From the IMG/VR virus record IMGVR_UViG_3300023181_000007, positions 1 to 55,720 of that record: 55,720 bases of DNA; one strand, given 5' to 3'. Shown piece after piece: positions 54,609 through 55,720 of the stretch; within the stretch, counting starts at the first letter, position 1, and each line of letters starts with the position of its first letter. A program made the position numbers and the translations under genes. This DNA comes from a virus (taxonomy: Duplodnaviria; Caudoviricetes). Under the pieces are notes generated by a model. That model did no database searches and had not been told where the DNA came from. It worked only from the letters and a program-made list of their open reading frames with translations.

Positions 54609-55415
54609 ATGAAAATAAGATATACACAAGAAGGAAAAAAAGTGATTGTAATAGAAAAACTAAACTCATCAGAATGGATAGTTCAGGAAATATTTATCAT
54701 TGATAACAAGGAAACGCCTAGCGGCGAAAAGTTCACGGTTAAAGTTTTGCATAATGCCCCCGCAATATCTTGGCAAGAGAAAAAACTAAATGAAGCTAAG
54801 TTAATGTATGACCGTGATTATAAAGACATAGAAGATCAAAGGGATAAAATGCACAAGAAATGGAGGTATGAGTCAAAGATTTTAAAAGATACCTTGGCAA
54901 GTATTATAAAACTAAAATCAGCTTTAAATCCTGACGATTTTGAACGGCTTATTAATGTTGTTTCCGGTAATGTAACTCATGTTGTTAAATATGGTAGTTA
55001 TGACGGATTTGATATTATTCCTTTTACCGAAGCTATAGAATACCGTGATACATACGATAGCGATATAAAATTACTTACTGTTTACGGAAATACAGAGGGA
55101 AAACTAACTTATAGGATTAACCAATATAAAGACGGAAGTGGCTCAAGTAACACATTTGTAGTGCCTTTTACTTCTTATAAAGAGGCTTTGGATTTTGTGA
55201 AAAATGAATTAATACCAAGCTATACGGATTTAAATGAGTATAAAATTAATTCAGCAACTAAATATAAAATAAAACTCCCAAAACAAATGTTGGCTGCATA
55301 TTACGAAAGTAAATTGAAATCGGCCAACTCAACAATTGAAGTTAATAAAAAGAACTTGTTGAACGCCAAGAAAAACCTATCAAGCATTAAACGCGATATT
55401 AAAAAATACAGTTGA
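54609..55415 (+). CDS. hypothetical coiled-coil protein, probable distant paralog of 1729..2538
   Basis: 268-aa ORF with colinear shared motifs. Confidence 0.8.
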   Translation: MKIRYTQEGKKVIVIEKLNSSEWIVQEIFIIDNKETPSGEKFTVKVLHNAPAISWQEKKLNEAKLMYDRDYKDIEDQRDKMHKKWRYESKILKDTLASIIKLKSALNPDDFERLINVVSGNVTHVVKYGSYDGFDIIPFTEAIEYRDTYDSDIKLLTVYGNTEGKLTYRINQYKDGSGSSNTFVVPFTSYKEALDFVKNELIPSYTDLNEYKINSATKYKIKLPKQMLAAYYESKLKSANSTIEVNKKNLLNAKKNLSSIKRDIKKYS

Positions 55416-55417
55416 TC

Positions 55418-55591
55418 ATGGAAAACTTAAAACAATCACTTTTAGAACAAATGGCAGATTGGTTAGATTCAGGTAATACGCAATTAGAAATGAATCTATC
55501 AGGAATGCAAGATCATGAGGATTTACATTTAAAAATGGCGGATGCAGCGTTTGAAGTGTTTTTGCAGGAAACTACAAAAGGCAAAGTCTAA
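55418..55591 (+). CDS. 57-aa hypothetical protein (not in the ORF track)
   Basis: MENLKQSLLEQMADWL...TTKGKV. Confidence 0.6.
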   Translation: MENLKQSLLEQMADWLDSGNTQLEMNLSGMQDHEDLHLKMADAAFEVFLQETTKGKV

Positions 55592-55593
55592 AA

Positions 55594-55720
55594 CCATCGA
55601 ATTCGAGGGAATTAAAAATAAAAAAAAATGGAAAAACTAACATTAGAAAACTTTTTGCTATATATACCTTATGGCTTAGGAATAGGGAATAAAACGCTAA
55701 AAGGAGATTTAGCATCTGTC
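55594..55720. repeat. 127-bp terminal direct repeat, copy 2
   Basis: Identical to 1-127. Confidence 0.95.

Noticed and set aside
55594-55720. 127-bp terminal repeat as a biological DTR
   Set aside because: It ends mid-gene and has a typical assembler k-mer length, so it is better explained as circular overlap.
1-55720. Stop-codon reassignment
   Set aside because: The standard code gives dense, intact genes, TAA, TAG and TGA all end real genes, and no suppressor tRNA was seen.

Overview
The window is an apparently complete, circularly assembled tailed-phage genome of about 55,593 bp; bases 1-127 are repeated at 55594-55720. It is AT-rich and all credible genes are on the + strand. TAnnTTTG promoter boxes, A-rich leaders without Shine-Dalgarno sites, Gln-after-cleavage signal peptides and a DUF3127-type SSB point to a Bacteroidota host, probably Flavobacteriaceae. 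The virion module is siphovirus-like: terS, terL, SPP1-type portal, scaffold, decoration protein, capsid with an Ig-like tail, tail tube, TP901-type tape measure and fibres. A lysis module (holin, GH108 endolysin) follows, then a lambda-like replication/recombination module (Cro-like HTH, Sak4-like ATPase, YqaJ-like exonuclease, initiator with internal iterons, DnaC-like loader, RuvC-like resolvase, SSB, m6A MTase, DnaQ-like exonuclease). Two accessory cassettes with their own promoters interrupt the packaging/head genes. I recognised no integrase, CI repressor, tRNA or CRISPR array. The main discovery is a ~70-nt non-coding unit at ~38456-38526 with its own promoter and intrinsic terminator, sitting where a repressor gene would normally be. 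Its 5' hairpin seed (UUAUUCCACGAUAA) and a second seed (UAUGUUUUUAA) are antiparallel-complementary to a bipartite AAAAACAT..TCGTGGAA motif. That motif covers the GTG start codon of 7 genes, and related GTGGAATAA sites occur in 3 more leader positions. Together these sites mark the leader of all six operator-bearing (putative early) promoters. This looks like a trans-acting antisense-RNA master regulator of a phage regulon. The function is inferred and untested.
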